In this document: in pieces, positions 13,481 through 26,379 of the stretch
Numbering within the stretch: the first letter of the stretch is position 1
How the letters are laid out: every line of letters begins with the position of its first letter
Assembly (NCBI RefSeq): GCF_009834535.1
Contig: NC_045697.1
Location: forward strand, 70,868,001 to 70,932,000
Reading direction: 5' to 3'
Length of the DNA stretch: 64,000 nucleotides
Origin: Camelus ferus
Taxonomy: Eukaryota
Position numbers and translations under genes: made by a program
Notes under the pieces: model-generated
The model's input: only the letters and a program-made list of their open reading frames with translations
Database searches by the model: none
Told to the model about the DNA's origin: nothing

Positions 13481-13577
13481 ATAATCCAGTCAAATGAGGA
13501 GGTTCCAATGTCCCTGGAGAAGAAAAAAAAGATAATCCAGTCAAATGAGGAGGTTCTAATGTCCCTGGAGAAGAAAA
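13481..13577. repeat. Tandem duplication, 51-bp period, 2 copies
   Basis: ATAATCCAGTCAAATGAGGAGGTTC(C/T)AATGTCCCTGGAGAAGAAAA at 13481 and 13532, one mismatch. Confidence 0.95.
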
Positions 13578-14254
13578 CAACAAAAAGTATTTAAGTAGCC
13601 ATAGGTATAAGGTTTAATGCAATGGGTCTCAAAACTATCTGAACTCTTGCCCAATATTTAGAAAAATCAGTTCTTTAATACATTGAAAAGAAATTCATCT
13701 GTTATGACCCAATATCACACATAGCTTTTTAAAAATTCTAAGCAATATCCAATTTTTAAAAGGAGAAATAAAAGGAAAATAACTTACAAAGTAATATATA
13801 ATTCAATTTTATTATAATAAGATGTATTTCAATATGTGAATATACAGATGTGACTATACTTAAAGACATCCACATAATCCAAAAGAAGTACAAGAAAATG
13901 AAAATTCAGAGATCCAAGAGGCTACTTGAATAAAGCCCAGTGATAAGGCATACATGTCTTATATAACATATAATAACAGAGCAGACTTCTTACTATGAAA
14001 AAGAGAAAAAATAACCTTGATTGAGGTAGCAATAATGTGAAATAAATTACAGACTGTCCATGAAAGAAAATGCAGAAGTATATTTTTCACAAATAAGCTG
14101 GAACTTACAACTCTTGTGTCTTACTTATAACTTTTACATCAGAATGATTCACTTTTTATAACATGTTAAAGGTAATTAAAAAAAATCATCATAGAAAACA
14201 TATCTCATTTTAAAATCTCAATGCATATCAATGCATAAATATATCTCTTTATAT

Positions 14255-14610
14255 AAAAAGACCTTGGGCATACAATGGAATACTACTCAACAATAAAAAG
14301 GAACAAACTATTGATACATGCAACACGTTAGTTCAATCTTAAAGGCATCATCCGTAGTAAAAACAAGACCTCTATTGACATTAGTAGAGAAAAGATTACT
14401 CATTGTCAGGAGCTCAGAATCAGAGAAGGTTATGACTACAGAGGAGGAGCCTAAGGGAGTTTTTTTGAGTGATGGAACTATTCTGTATCCTGACTGTGGT
14501 GGTTGGTCACCTTGATCAATTCTGTGTTAAAACTCATACTGCTATACACCAACAAACAAACAAACAAAACCAAAAAGGCAACTTTACTGTACAGTAATTT
14601 AAAAAAGAGA
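14255..14610 (+). mobile_element. Old L1 (L1MC/L1ME-type) 3' fragment
   Basis: CATACAATGGAATACTACTCAACAATAAAAAGGAACAAACTATTGATACATGCAACA...GTGATGGAACTATTCTGTATCCTGACTGTGGTGGT. Confidence 0.85.
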
Positions 14611-14615
14611 ATCAT

Positions 14616-15002
14616 TGTATTAGTCAGGGGTCTCTACAGAAGCAGAACCAATAGGATGTGTGTGTGTGTGCACGCACACACGTGCATGTGTCTGTGTATG
14701 TATTTATTATAAGGACTGGCTTGTCTGATTATGAAGGATGATAAGTCCAAAGCTGAGTGTGAGTTGTCAATCTGGAGACCAAGGAGAGTCAATGGTACAG
14801 ATGAAATATGAAGACAGTCTGCTGAAGAATTTCCTCTTGCTCAAGGAGGCTGATCTCTTTGTTCTATTCATACCTTCAGTTGATTGGATGAGGTTCACCC
14901 ACATTATGGAGGCCAATTTGTCTTACCCAAAATTCACCAGTTTAAACATTAATCTCATTCAAAATCACCCTTCAAATTGACACATAAAAATTAACCATAA
15001 CA
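14616..15002 (-). mobile_element. ERVL solo LTR (MLT2 family)
   Basis: TGTATTAGTCAGGG...AGAAGCAGAACCAATAGGATGTGTGT...TTGACACATAAAAATTAACCATAACA. TG...CA ends and 5-bp TSD ATCAT/ATAAT. Confidence 0.9.
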
Positions 15003-15321
15003 ATAATAGAAGCCATATCCTTCAATAAGCAATGGGAAATTGATGGTGGAATGGAAAAAAAAAGTAATATAAGAGGTATAGTCAAGTCAGGAAGCATCCC
15101 AATCATGAATGAATGTCATGTGTCTTCCATGTTTCTTATCATTTGACTCCAACATTTAAAGGGTATGTGATAGAAAAAAAGAAGTGTTCTTAAAACAGAT
15201 TTTATTCATGAAACTTCGTGATAGTCCTGTATTTTGTCTATCTACACATTTACAACGCTAATTCTAAGTCTACTAAGGAAAGCTCTAATTTTCAAATCTT
15301 ATCACAAGTAGCCCTTGCTTT

Positions 15322-15447
15322 ATACAGCCCCTGCTTTACTGTATGACTGAAACCATGCATTTCAGAATGATGCAAGGGGAGGCCACAGCTCCAGTATGCA
15401 CAGGTTTCAAATAACATGGAGCTGTGCCTGGCAAGGACCGCCTGTAC
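15322..15447. mobile_element. TcMar-Tigger MITE (Tigger15a/MamRep434-like)
   Basis: TA-flanked imperfect inverted ends (TACAGCCCCTGCTTT ... GCAAGGACCGCCTGTA) and internal inverted AAACCATGCAT/ATGCACAGGTTT. Confidence 0.55.
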
Positions 15448-15815
15448 GTATCCACTGTGACAGCTATAAACACAAACTGAAATATGTATACCTATTAGCA
15501 GCTCTGATACCACAAATAGCATCGGTGTCAGCCAAGTGAGCTTCTAAAATTGTAAATCACTCTTGGTGAATTTCCAAACAAAACAAAAAATAACCTTTTC
15601 CAGCTATGCAAAAAGGTGTTTGCATTCCTGGAAAATTTGGTATATATTAAAATGCACAAATAATACTTTATGTTTATATGTATAATGCTAGATGCCTGTC
15701 TGCTGAATGTCAATAGCAACCCCCTTCTCCCATATTTGTGATAAACAAACATTCCCCACAAATTTCCAAAATGCTTCTAAAGAAGCAAAATACCCTCAGA
15801 TGGGTAATCACCACT
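15448..15815. mobile_element. hAT-Charlie DNA transposon fragments (MER113-like, then MER20-like end)
   Basis: ACTCTTGGTGAATTTCCAAACAAAAC...TTGCATTCCTGGAAAATTTGGTATATATTAAAA and CCCCACAAATTTCCAAAATG. Names recalled. Confidence 0.45.
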
Positions 15816-18634
15816 TACAACCTTAAGAACTTAGTACCCACTTAAAATTCTATTACAACTAAACTTCTGGAGACCTATTTTTCTTATAAGATTGGACAAG
15901 ATAAGCATCCTGAAGTTTAGGGAACTCTGGCATTTACCCCTCAGATTTAAATTTTTCACAGGATCTTGGTCAATTAGCAATTCAAATAGGGAGAAAGACT
16001 TCCTCATTTCCTCAAGTATTACAGATGCTGAATAAATCTGAAATCTAAAGAAGGTAAACTTGATTTTAGTTAAAAAAATATTGTAATTACTGGTTATAGT
16101 AACTCTGAAAGCTGACTTCAGTAAAATGGAAAATAATTCATTCAAAAACGACAGATTTTCTTTGGTTCCTGTGATTACTATTAGTTTTCTTATTGCTACT
16201 TTACATCAGGACCAGTAAACCTGATTCTTAAGGTAATAAGCAAAGGAGAGCCATTAGGAAAGGCTATTGTCTTTAAAATAAGCTCGCCCAAGGACTGACA
16301 GAGGGTGGAAACGATGCCCTTGACATCGCACTAAATCCTCCATGTGGCTCAGCCCCTGGGCAATAGATATGCTGTTGTTTTATTTCTCTATTTTAAAATT
16401 TTGCTGGTAAACTAAACGTCCATGATACATTGCGAGACAGTAGAGCTGTGATCCACGTAAATGTTTTGGTAACCCATTAAAATGACAATTTACTGCTTCA
16501 GTTATGCTTCTGGTAACATCATTCATGTTGGATCATTCAATTAGTACAGACAGTGGGGTCCCTGATTATAAGAAACTGTCACTATTTCTGGAAAACAAAA
16601 TAAAATAGAGGCATGTGCTTCCCAATGGTTGTTTATCACTTGATAATCACAGAGTCCTTACAGCTATTCTCTATATTTCAAGAACTCCTATTTTTTTCTC
16701 AGGATCCAGCAGTTCTTTGTTTTAATTTATTTTCCTTTTAAATACCTCCCGCTATTTAAGCAATAATTCCTTCTAAATCAATTGTTAGCAGCAGTTAATG
16801 ACCGGTTGGTTAATTAATAGCTCAAAGCAAAGCTGAGGGTGTTCCTGTTCTAACAAACCACCAGACTCTAACTGGGGTATTATTGTTAACGCACCCTGTA
16901 ATCATTTGCTTCTCAGCCTCACTGCCACACATTATTTTATTTTCATGAGAAAGGGTGAGTTGAATGGAAAATAGATGACAGCATTATCAAATCAATCATA
17001 ATAATATACATATTTTAAGATTATTTGCATGTCCAGATTGATCCTTATTTCCATAGGATGTGCCAGTGGGCAGGGATGAAGTATCAGCCTGTACTGTAAT
17101 TTAGGAAGCTCATTTAACCATAGTGGTTTCCTCTCTTCAGCCTCCAGGGCTCTGAGCCTGGTGTAGCTGCAACAGCCCCATGGCATTCTGAACCTTTTCT
17201 GTTCCAAAATTGTATTCTTAAGCACTTCGCTCTCTGACAGTGAAGGGAGAGAAACTGTGCTGCACATTTTCTGCCTGATAAACACATGGTTTACTTACTG
17301 ACACCAGAGATGCCTTTTGTGCAGCTAGTGGAGAGGATATGCGCTTAATAATTAGTGCAAGAAACTAAACATCAAGAGTCCTCAGTTCTATTCCTAACTT
17401 CTTCTGTCTTGCTTCATGTGATCTCAGGGAAGTAACTTAGCAAGTCTGTGCTTCTTGTGCTAAAAATACTAACAATCGGCCAAAATTGAAGAGAAGATGA
17501 GTGTTCATCAAGACCAAAAATGAGTCTAAAGGTGCTATGATACCCTAGAATTCTGCCATTTCTAGAAATATTTATGAACATGGTGCATGAGAATAAATGA
17601 CAGGCAGATATTTTGTGATTTACTAAAGTGATGCTTTCATTTTTTACGCCTTCTTTTCACCATCAACTCCTTGAGATAGTATTGGCAAGAGAGCTTTGGT
17701 GATAATGTCCAATCCTTTCTGTGTATTTACAAGACCCTGAGATGCCAAGGGTAAATAATACTGTGAAGGGTTAGGATATGCATAGTAGCTAATATTTTTC
17801 CTTGTAGATTTCAATGCAATAGATGATTGCTGGGTGAAACAGGATATTACTGTGGAATCATAAATCTCAAACCCCAGCTTCAAGGATTTGCTGACCACAT
17901 GAGGACATGGTCTTTCACAGATGCTAACAGAGGAGAAAAGTTGATGAACTAAAATCAGGAAGGAAACGTATAGGCTATTCACAAATAGGGAAGACTCTGA
18001 AAGGAAAAGACGTGGAAGATACAAAAACCCTGGAGGAAAAAAAGATGAATATGAAAGATATTACAAAATGCTCTTCCAGTAAATGTTATGTGGTGCACTT
18101 ACGCTTGTGAGAACCACAAATAATGCTTTCAGCTGAGTCACAAAGGAAGCAAGAGCCGGAGCCCGTGTCCCCTGATCTCTGACAGGATTCAAGCTTGGTT
18201 TGCAGGCAGCTGCCTGATTATTATTAAAGGTTACCCATTGGAGCTCCAGTCTATATTTTATTATTTCCATGATTTCTAAAAGTTCACTGTTTATTGAAAC
18301 TGACTCAGATTGCCAGAATAAGCAAAACATATCCATTAACATAATGAATTTTCAACATGCTCCCAGTCTACAGTGACGATTAACAGCATAAAAGATTAAA
18401 ATGATACACAGAAATGACTTTTTGACTGAACTAAGTTCCTAAGTGGATTGCCCTCCCGTGAGATTACCGGTAATGGTCTAAAATTTGAAATATGATGTTC
18501 CCATCAGAGATATAAAAGACATTCTTTGCTCTATATCAATTTAAACAGCCATCTCAGATTTAGGAATAATAGAATTATTCCAAGGCAGAGATGTATTTTA
18601 ATTTTATATTAATATTAAAGGGGAAAAAAAACTG

Positions 18635-18860
18635 CTGCTTGCTGTGTTCCTAGTCTATTCTAGGTACTAAGGCTTATTTCTTTTAATCTTGACAATAAAT
18701 CGGCCTGGCTGGTATTGTTATATACATTTTATTGTGCATACTGAAGACACTAAGATGCAGCGATGTTAAGTAACTTGCTCAAGGTTAGCCAACTAGCAGT
18801 TAGCAGAGCCAGGGTCCGGGCACAGGTCTTCCTGACTCCAACATCTGTTACATCCAATGC
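18635..18860 (-). mobile_element. MIR SINE
   Basis: GTTAAGTAACTTGCTCAAGGTTAGCCAACTAGCAGTTAGCAGAGCCAGGG...CTGACTCCA. Confidence 0.8.
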
Positions 18861-20685
18861 ATAGCACTGATCTTTGAATCCCACATCAATCTCTAAACCA
18901 GAGTGTGTTACTTCTGATGATCCACAATCATCTTTTTCCTCTTTCAAGTTCCATTCTTGTACCACATTCACTTTATATTTTTCTAAGATTTATTTCCAAC
19001 CGTAGAATTATCTGGAGAAAAATAGAAGACTGTGAGGTCATACTTGCCATCTGCAGGCTCTTGACTACAGCTATATGGCTAACCCTGAAACAGAATTCCT
19101 CACCTCAAAGCTCACCTTCATGGCTGAATGGAAACCCAACCAAAAGTGCACATGCTCAGGATGTGGATACAAGTTGCCACAGGAGCACTCAGGATTTTTT
19201 TTTTTTTTTTAACTACGTTCAACAGGCTTTTTCGAGAATCAACCATGGGTGAGTGTGTCTTAGAGTTGCCCTGCAGGAGTGCTTAGTATGGTAGTTCAAC
19301 TGAAGGAAGACCGAACAATCCATGAGTGAGCACGATGCAACATGGGAGACTCAAGGGCAGCCTTTGTGACTTCTGAATGATTTTTGGTTATAGCTGTGGG
19401 TCTGAATTAACAACATTTCTTCCACAGTTGTCCAAGCAAGGAAGACAAAATCCCTATGTATGTCCTACTCATAGCAAATGTGGAGTCTCTTTATTAAATT
19501 GGCTTTTGTTTCAGGTTTACCACCTCGACTTCTCTGCTTTAAAGCAGTCTGCTGTGTAAGCTGTCAAAGCTACTAATTAGTTATAGATTGAAAACTTAAG
19601 CATATAGTTTATGATCTTATGAGTTTAGGACCACCTTGTGGTAGATCACATAGCAATATTTTAGTTGGTTGGGCCCTATTTACTATATATTGGTGAGAAT
19701 GTGAGAAGAAATAAGCCAAGTGCAATAAATGTATTTCTCACACACAACCAAAAGAACATATCTGGCTATTAAACCACACTAATTATTCACACAGTTTGGC
19801 AAATATTCAAAATACTGCAGCATTGGAAACTAATGCAGTAAAAATAATTTTCACACATTTTCATTCTCTGTGAAAATTGTTCTTCCAATTTGCTTTTAAA
19901 GTGTTTACAGTTCATTAGAAAATGTCTAATCTCCACCAAACAGTATTCAAAGCAGTATATTTTCTATTCCTTCACATTACATCATTGGTGGATGATAATC
20001 CAAGAACGTGTTATTGAAAAGTAAAAGAAGCAACTTGGAAACAGCACTTCATTTTGCAAGTTTCCAATTTGCAAAAGAGGAACCTCAGGTGATGACCCAG
20101 CTTCAGGAAAAAAAAATAAGACGACTTCCTTCTTGGGCAGGGCTTCTGATTGGAATAGTTGACTGTGTGGCTTGAGTTTGAGTCTTGGGGATCATTTAAA
20201 GAGCAGATATCATTAAGCTAAACTATCAGGAGGGAGAAATGTGCTGCTTCACAAAGTCTACATTTATATTCAACTACCAGTGAGTGCCCCAGGAAGTATG
20301 GGAAGAAAATGGAGGCAGTGAAGTTCAGGGTAAATCATGTCATAAATGCCACCTTGGGCACTCCATTCTATCTACTTAATTATCTGAGAAAATCAGAGCT
20401 ACTTCTTCATTTTTATACATAAGAGAGAAAGAAAATAGTCACTTTATTCTGTTTTTAAATAAATAGCAAGCATTGATATCCAAGCTTATCTTCAAAAGAA
20501 AAAACAATGGGCAAATATTCTCTGGGAAATCTTCATGATTTACAGTAATAGGGATTTCACCCTGCTAAATTGCTTTTTCCAGGGCGTCCCTTTCCTAATG
20601 ATTGTTGTCCAAAGGTTATGCAGTCATAGCCAACAGAACATACACTACAGAATTAGCAAAATGGTAGCATTAGGAGCTCCATTTA

Positions 20686-20818
20686 GGGGATGTGGGGTAG
20701 AGCCCAAGGGTAGAGTGCATAGCCCAGTGGTACAACACTTGCTTAGCATGCGTGAGGTCCTGAGTTCAATCCCTAGTACTTCCGTTAACAAAAACAAAAA
20801 TCTTAAAAATAAATAAAA
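20686..20818 (+). mobile_element. tRNA-derived SINE, camelid Vic-1 type
   Basis: A-box-like TAGCCCAGTGGTA, then GCTTAGCATGCGTGAGGTCCTGAGTTCAATCCCTAGTACTTCC with B-box GTTCAATCC, and an A-rich tail. TSD AGGAGCTCCATTTA (20672-20685) / AGGAAGTTCCATTTA (20819-20833). Confidence 0.88.
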
Positions 20819-23169
20819 AGGAAGTTCCATTTAAACTCACATATGTCCAAGGTAAGGATTGTTTGGGCTAGATTAATCTCCAGGTTTTTTCCAGTCACTT
20901 TTGATTCATCAGAAGATAAAGAGAGACAGGAGGTTACTTGTAATGACATGGTTGGATAATTACACATCTTTTTCTTTATTATCTTGATGATGGCTCATGT
21001 GGACAAACTTGGTACATGTCTAGCCTATCTTTCGCAGACCCTGGAACAAGAATATGAACAGAGTCCAAATTATTTAAAACATATAAATCGAGTTTTGTTT
21101 TTTTTTTAAAAAAAAAACACTAACTAAGTAAAATACATCCTATCTTCCTATCTAAATAAGTATCCTTTAAACCACCTGGAACCCCAGACTGGAATTTTGG
21201 ATTCTCAAACGTTTCAGAGTTGCAGGCTGGGAAGTCAGCAAGCTCAGGATCTCTGTCCTGGGCTGTGAAAATTGTGGAAAGTTATTTTCCAAATCTGCTC
21301 CAATTTTCCAACATTACTCCAAGAATGTGCAGATCAAAACTGGACAGAATATGCTCCACTTTGGAAAGAATGGCCATGTATACATATTTCACAAAGATAG
21401 CCATCCAGAATAGTTTTAGGACTTGAGAGTTTTATTCATCTGAAAATGCACTTATAAGACTCAGCTCATGCCTGAAGGCAACCAAATAAATGCAAACCCT
21501 GTAGACTTCCACCAGCATTGGGCTCATAGCTAACATAACAGAAAGACAATTTCTTGGCTCTCACGTGTCGCATCACTGCCACGGCGTGTATCAGTTACAA
21601 TTTATGGCCCTGTCACAGTTTGGTACTGCTGGCTAAAAGGCTTTTTTTCTAAACAGCTTTCTGTATGGAAAATTCAGAACCCAACTGTTTGGATGGTTGA
21701 TTATTTAAATATTTTTTCATTATTTTTGTTCATTTATTTCTTAACTCATTCTATCAGCACTGGTAATTCATCAGGTACTCGTTCGGGTATAAGATCTACA
21801 GAGATTGAAACAAATAAGCTTTTGCCAAGTCCAGGGACTTGGGCTATTATCTGGTCTACCTAGGGTTAAATATTTACATTTGATAATATGATTCTAGTGC
21901 TTTGAAAAATGCCTCAACATTTTCTCAAGAAAAATAGTATTTTTGCAGGGACTTAATGAGAGTAAAGCACCATTTGAAGAATTCAGCTTTGTATAAGGGA
22001 AGGCACCATCCACAAGGAAACCAGCAGCTTCACTTGGGTACCTAATTCTGTTAGGAATTATTAAGCCTGCCTTCCCCCTCTGTATAGCAAATTCTTACTG
22101 AGTGCTCACTCTAAGCAATTCTCATTTGTTAGCTTATTATCTCATTTATTTCCCCTATAAAAACTCCAAGATCCACATGGGATCAGAAGCCTCAGTCCTC
22201 CTCACAGGAGAGTGCCATCTAAGACTAGCAGCTTTGGAAGAATCTCACAGTTCTATAAATACTACTGCCTGGCTAGAAAAGTTCTAATTCTATGTTCTGT
22301 ACAGAGTGTAACTCCATGTTGGTGCTCCATAAAAGTTAAACACCAATAATAACTGTGGTGGTAATCAGAATCCGTTTTGATATAAACTAGTTTATCTCAA
22401 CCTTGTTTTTACCCTGTGTCTCCTAGTAATTGTCTGGCATTTTCCCTGCTGTTCTTGTCTTTTTTAATTACATCCTACTGACATGACTCTTAAAGCATCT
22501 TAAAGCAAATGGAAGGAAGGCTTAATGCTTTCTACACAAAAGGAGCAGCAGGAAGCAGGTGCCTAGCAGTCAGCATAACGAACTCAAAAGAACTGGGCCG
22601 ATCTTGCTTTCATTCCCCATAAATACAAAGGGGTAGGTACAGGGGAGAGTGAGGGCAGAAGGGAGAAAGGAATTCGCTTGCAGAAGTGTACTAAGGAGGG
22701 CAAACACAAGCTTGCTTTGTTTTCTTACATTTTAGTTGCACTGTGGTGAGTTGGTGCATTACGGCAGTTCATAGCCAAAGCATAAGGCACTCGCTTAGGA
22801 TTGGAAAAGGAAGATGGGTGTAAAAATGTCATTGATTGACAGGAATTGAGCATGTTTCTCAGAAATCACACATTGGTGGCGCAGTGGAGAGACGCAAAGT
22901 TGAGTTGATCTTTTTACTTGGAGTCCATGTTGCTGATTGAAAAATCAGGTGTTTTCAGAGGTCAAAGGCATATTTGTGGGGTTACAGCACCCTGGATTTC
23001 AGAGGCCACGCTGACCTAGGATCACTGAGGTTAGCTGTTGCAGGACCACTGAGATTGTCTTAATCTAGCAGGCAGTAGTAACAGCAGTAGGATTAGGTAG
23101 TTTATCTCATGGATGGCTTAGATTACAAAGGAATTGCTATCACTGTAGGGGAAACATGAAACTAAGGAA

Positions 23170-23365
23170 CAGGTATCGACTGCCTGCCATGTGCACATTT
23201 ACTCATCCTGTTTCCTATGATCATGATGCCAGTTCTGTAAGGAAATACTCCCATCTTCACTTTCCAGTTGAGGAAATCATCAAAGAAAGAGTAAGAAACA
23301 TTCTTAAAGTCACACGTAGCCAAGCCCAGATTTCTACTCAGGTCAATCTGACTCCACATTCAGTG
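23170..23365 (-). mobile_element. MIR SINE
   Basis: CCCATCTTCACTTTCCAGTTGAGGAAA...AAAGTCACAC...CAGGTCAATCTGACTCCA. Confidence 0.65.
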
Positions 23366-24424
23366 CTTCTCCTGTGGATGAGGGCTAGTGATTGCTTTGA
23401 GAAGAAAAGGAGACAGAATTAAAACTTGACTCCATATTGTTCTGGCTTTGAAAGGAATGAGATTCAAAATGTGTGCCTCTGATGAGGCTGGAGAAGTGGG
23501 GGGTGGTCTTGTTAAGGAGGCAACTTGTTTAATGACTGCGGATGGCATCTTCTCCCTGACCAATCATATTACATTTCTGTAGACTATCACAAAGGGGGTG
23601 GGGTCAGCAAGAGGGACAGAGAAGTGCAAAGCTAGTAACACTAACGAAAACCAACCCGAAGCACAGGACCAGTTGTCAGCAGATGAACAGTTGCTGCAGG
23701 ACAGCGCCGCAATCGGAGTAGCCACCTTCCCCCTCTGCTCTGGCCTGAGGAAGAGCTGGTCCTTTGTTCCCATCATTGACCAGGAGATACAGCCTTCACT
23801 CACTCGAGCCCTGATACTTTTACTCCTTCTATCCCTATTTTAATGTCTTTCTTTAACGTCCTGATGGCTTGTGACTAGGTTTCAAGCTGAACCTTGCCTG
23901 ATAATCATTCTGGCAAAAAATTTAATCATTTCATTATAAAGTCTTTTGTTTACTCTCCATTAGAAATAGATTATTTATTAGATAATCCTATAAAGAGGTT
24001 GTTAAAGCTGTTCCTCCCACTGGATTGTGAGCAATTTGAGATGTCTGAATTGTCTTTAGATATACCACCTACCTAGTACACAGTAAATGATACATATATG
24101 AAAAAAAAAATGAAATTCCCACTGTTGGTAACTGGTTGAGGAAGTCATGGAGGCCGATTCATGAAGTGACGCCATGTGCTGGTCCATCTAGAATAAAGTT
24201 GTTTTCTTCCTGGTTCCTCCCTCGAGGCTAGATCTTTATATTAAAAATAGCATCATTTCCTCAAAAGATTGAGCACTGAGTAAAGATTCTCTAGGATCTT
24301 CTAAGCTGTGGAGAGAAGCTGCTGCAATATATACATAATCCAAAGTTAGTACTTAATGTTAACCTCATTCATGCACTTTTAAGCCATATTTATGTTATAT
24401 ATAAGGAAGCTATCAATAAATAAT

Positions 24425-24920
24425 CACAGTCCCTGATTTCCAGAATCTTATAGTCTAGTGGGAAAGACAGTTATAACTTACAAAAATAATTATTAAATTA
24501 CAAATGTAGAAAAATATAATTCAAAAAGTTCCATATGGAAAAATATGGGTACCATGTTAAGCATACAGCAGAAGGAACTCATCTTCTTTGGTGAAGGGGT
24601 GACCTTGACAAATAACATGTGGGAAAGAAAGAAGATAATTTAAGAGACTCTTGCAATTGTCTATGAAAGAGATAATGTTGACGTGGACCAGTGTGGTGTC
24701 AGTTCAGATGAGCAGAAGTGGATATATTTGATACCAATTTCAAAATTTGAATTGTTAAGATTCTGTGATTGGATGGAAGAGTGATGAAAGATAAAGAGAG
24801 CAGGGATGACTCTCAGTGAATAATGATACCATTCGCTGAGATAAGGAGCAATGACAAGGGGCAGTAGGTGGATGGGGAGCAGGAAAGAATGAAGAATTCA
24901 ATTTGGGACATGTTTCCTGA
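24425..24920 (-). mobile_element. L2 LINE fragments
   Basis: CAGTCCCTGATTTCCAGAATCTTATAGTCTAGTGGGAAAGACAG...AGAAGTGGATATATTTG...CCATTCGCTGAGATAAGGA...TTCAATTTGGGACATGTT. Confidence 0.7.
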
Positions 24921-26209
24921 AAGAGTATTTATATGAGTCCTAAAAAATGGAACTAAAACTCTGTAAATAAGAGATTTTTTCAGCCTTCAAATAAACTTTA
25001 TAACAATTTTCTCCACTGCGATTGAGAAAGACCAAGCAGAATGCAATGGACTAATGTCATTCAGAGCGCTCCCAAAACTTTGAATATCACTCCACATTTT
25101 GAGAGGTTCCTATATTTTGAATCCTACCCTCCTGGGTTAAAATTTTAAGAAAAAAAAATATTTTCCAGGTTCCTTTACACCTAGGTGAGCCTTAAATTCC
25201 ATCAGTCAAAAGTACTTGCTGAGACTTTGAGTTGAAAACGAGCTACTGAAAGCAGGACGCCTGCATCAGTGATGTGCGGGCATTGTTATGAAGTTGGTGG
25301 CGGTACCAATAATCACTATCAGGCCAATTAGAAGTGAAGTTCTGTTGTTGTTTCTGAAAGCTGAGAACCTGCTTCTCCAGATCTCTCAGCAATTCTGTGT
25401 AATAGTCCCTGGTAACTCCCATTCTATTTAAAGGAACAAGCTATCGTCTTCAACTAAAACAACCCAGAGTCTAATTACTACATAGTGACAATTATATTAA
25501 TATATTGATATAACATTTCTACTTAAACACATTGTTATACATTGAACAATAAGTGACACATTATTTTACCCATTGCAAAGCACTTTCATATTCATTGTTT
25601 ATCTAGGGTAGTCAGTACATGTATTTTCCTCTCATTACAAAAAGTAAAATAGAGATCCCAAATGTTTAATGATTTATCTAATGCCACAGAGCTAATTGAT
25701 GGAGCTGGGTCTCAAGTCTAGGCTTTTTTATTCCAAACTCCATGTTTCTAAGAAGTAACAGCATTTAGGACAAATATAATAAACTAGTTTGTAAAATTCA
25801 CTAAAACATATTAGTGAAACAGGTCATTTAACTTTAATGAGCTTTTAAAATTAGATACAAAAAGCTAAAAAAAAAATTTCCACCATAGGGAATAATGTTA
25901 TTAATTCATCTCTGAAATGCAAGTCAACAATATCAGTGTTTTTGAAAAACTCTAAATATTTCTTGGCAGTCTAGGCATTGGTTTGCCTAAATTGACAATT
26001 ACATATGATTGAAATTGTATTATTGAAAAACATAGAGGACAAGAAATGTTTATTCAAAATATGTTAAATCTACTTGAATTTTGAAAGTATTTCATTTCTT
26101 TAGCTGCCACACTTAAATCAGGGGTTGATGACAATTAAGCAAATGGTTTTAAAAACTGAGTATTCTGTTTCACAAAATAGTTTACTCCCCAAACTCTGCT
26201 ACACTTACA

Positions 26210-26235
26210 AACACACACACACACACACACACACA
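26210..26235. repeat. (CA)n microsatellite
   Basis: Seen directly. Confidence 0.95.
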
Positions 26236-26379
26236 TTCTCAGAAGCATGTACAAGTAGAGAAACTAGCAAAGCTGCTGGAAATCTAGTGCACTGAAATTA
26301 TTCAACAGGAAATCACTTAATTCTCCCAAAATGCAAGCGTTTTTAACAATGATTTACCTATATGTCCCAGAATAAACGT

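Noticed and set aside
20686..20785. Functional tRNA gene
   Set aside because: The doubled head, A-rich tail and TSD identify it as a SINE. The acceptor stem is not intact.
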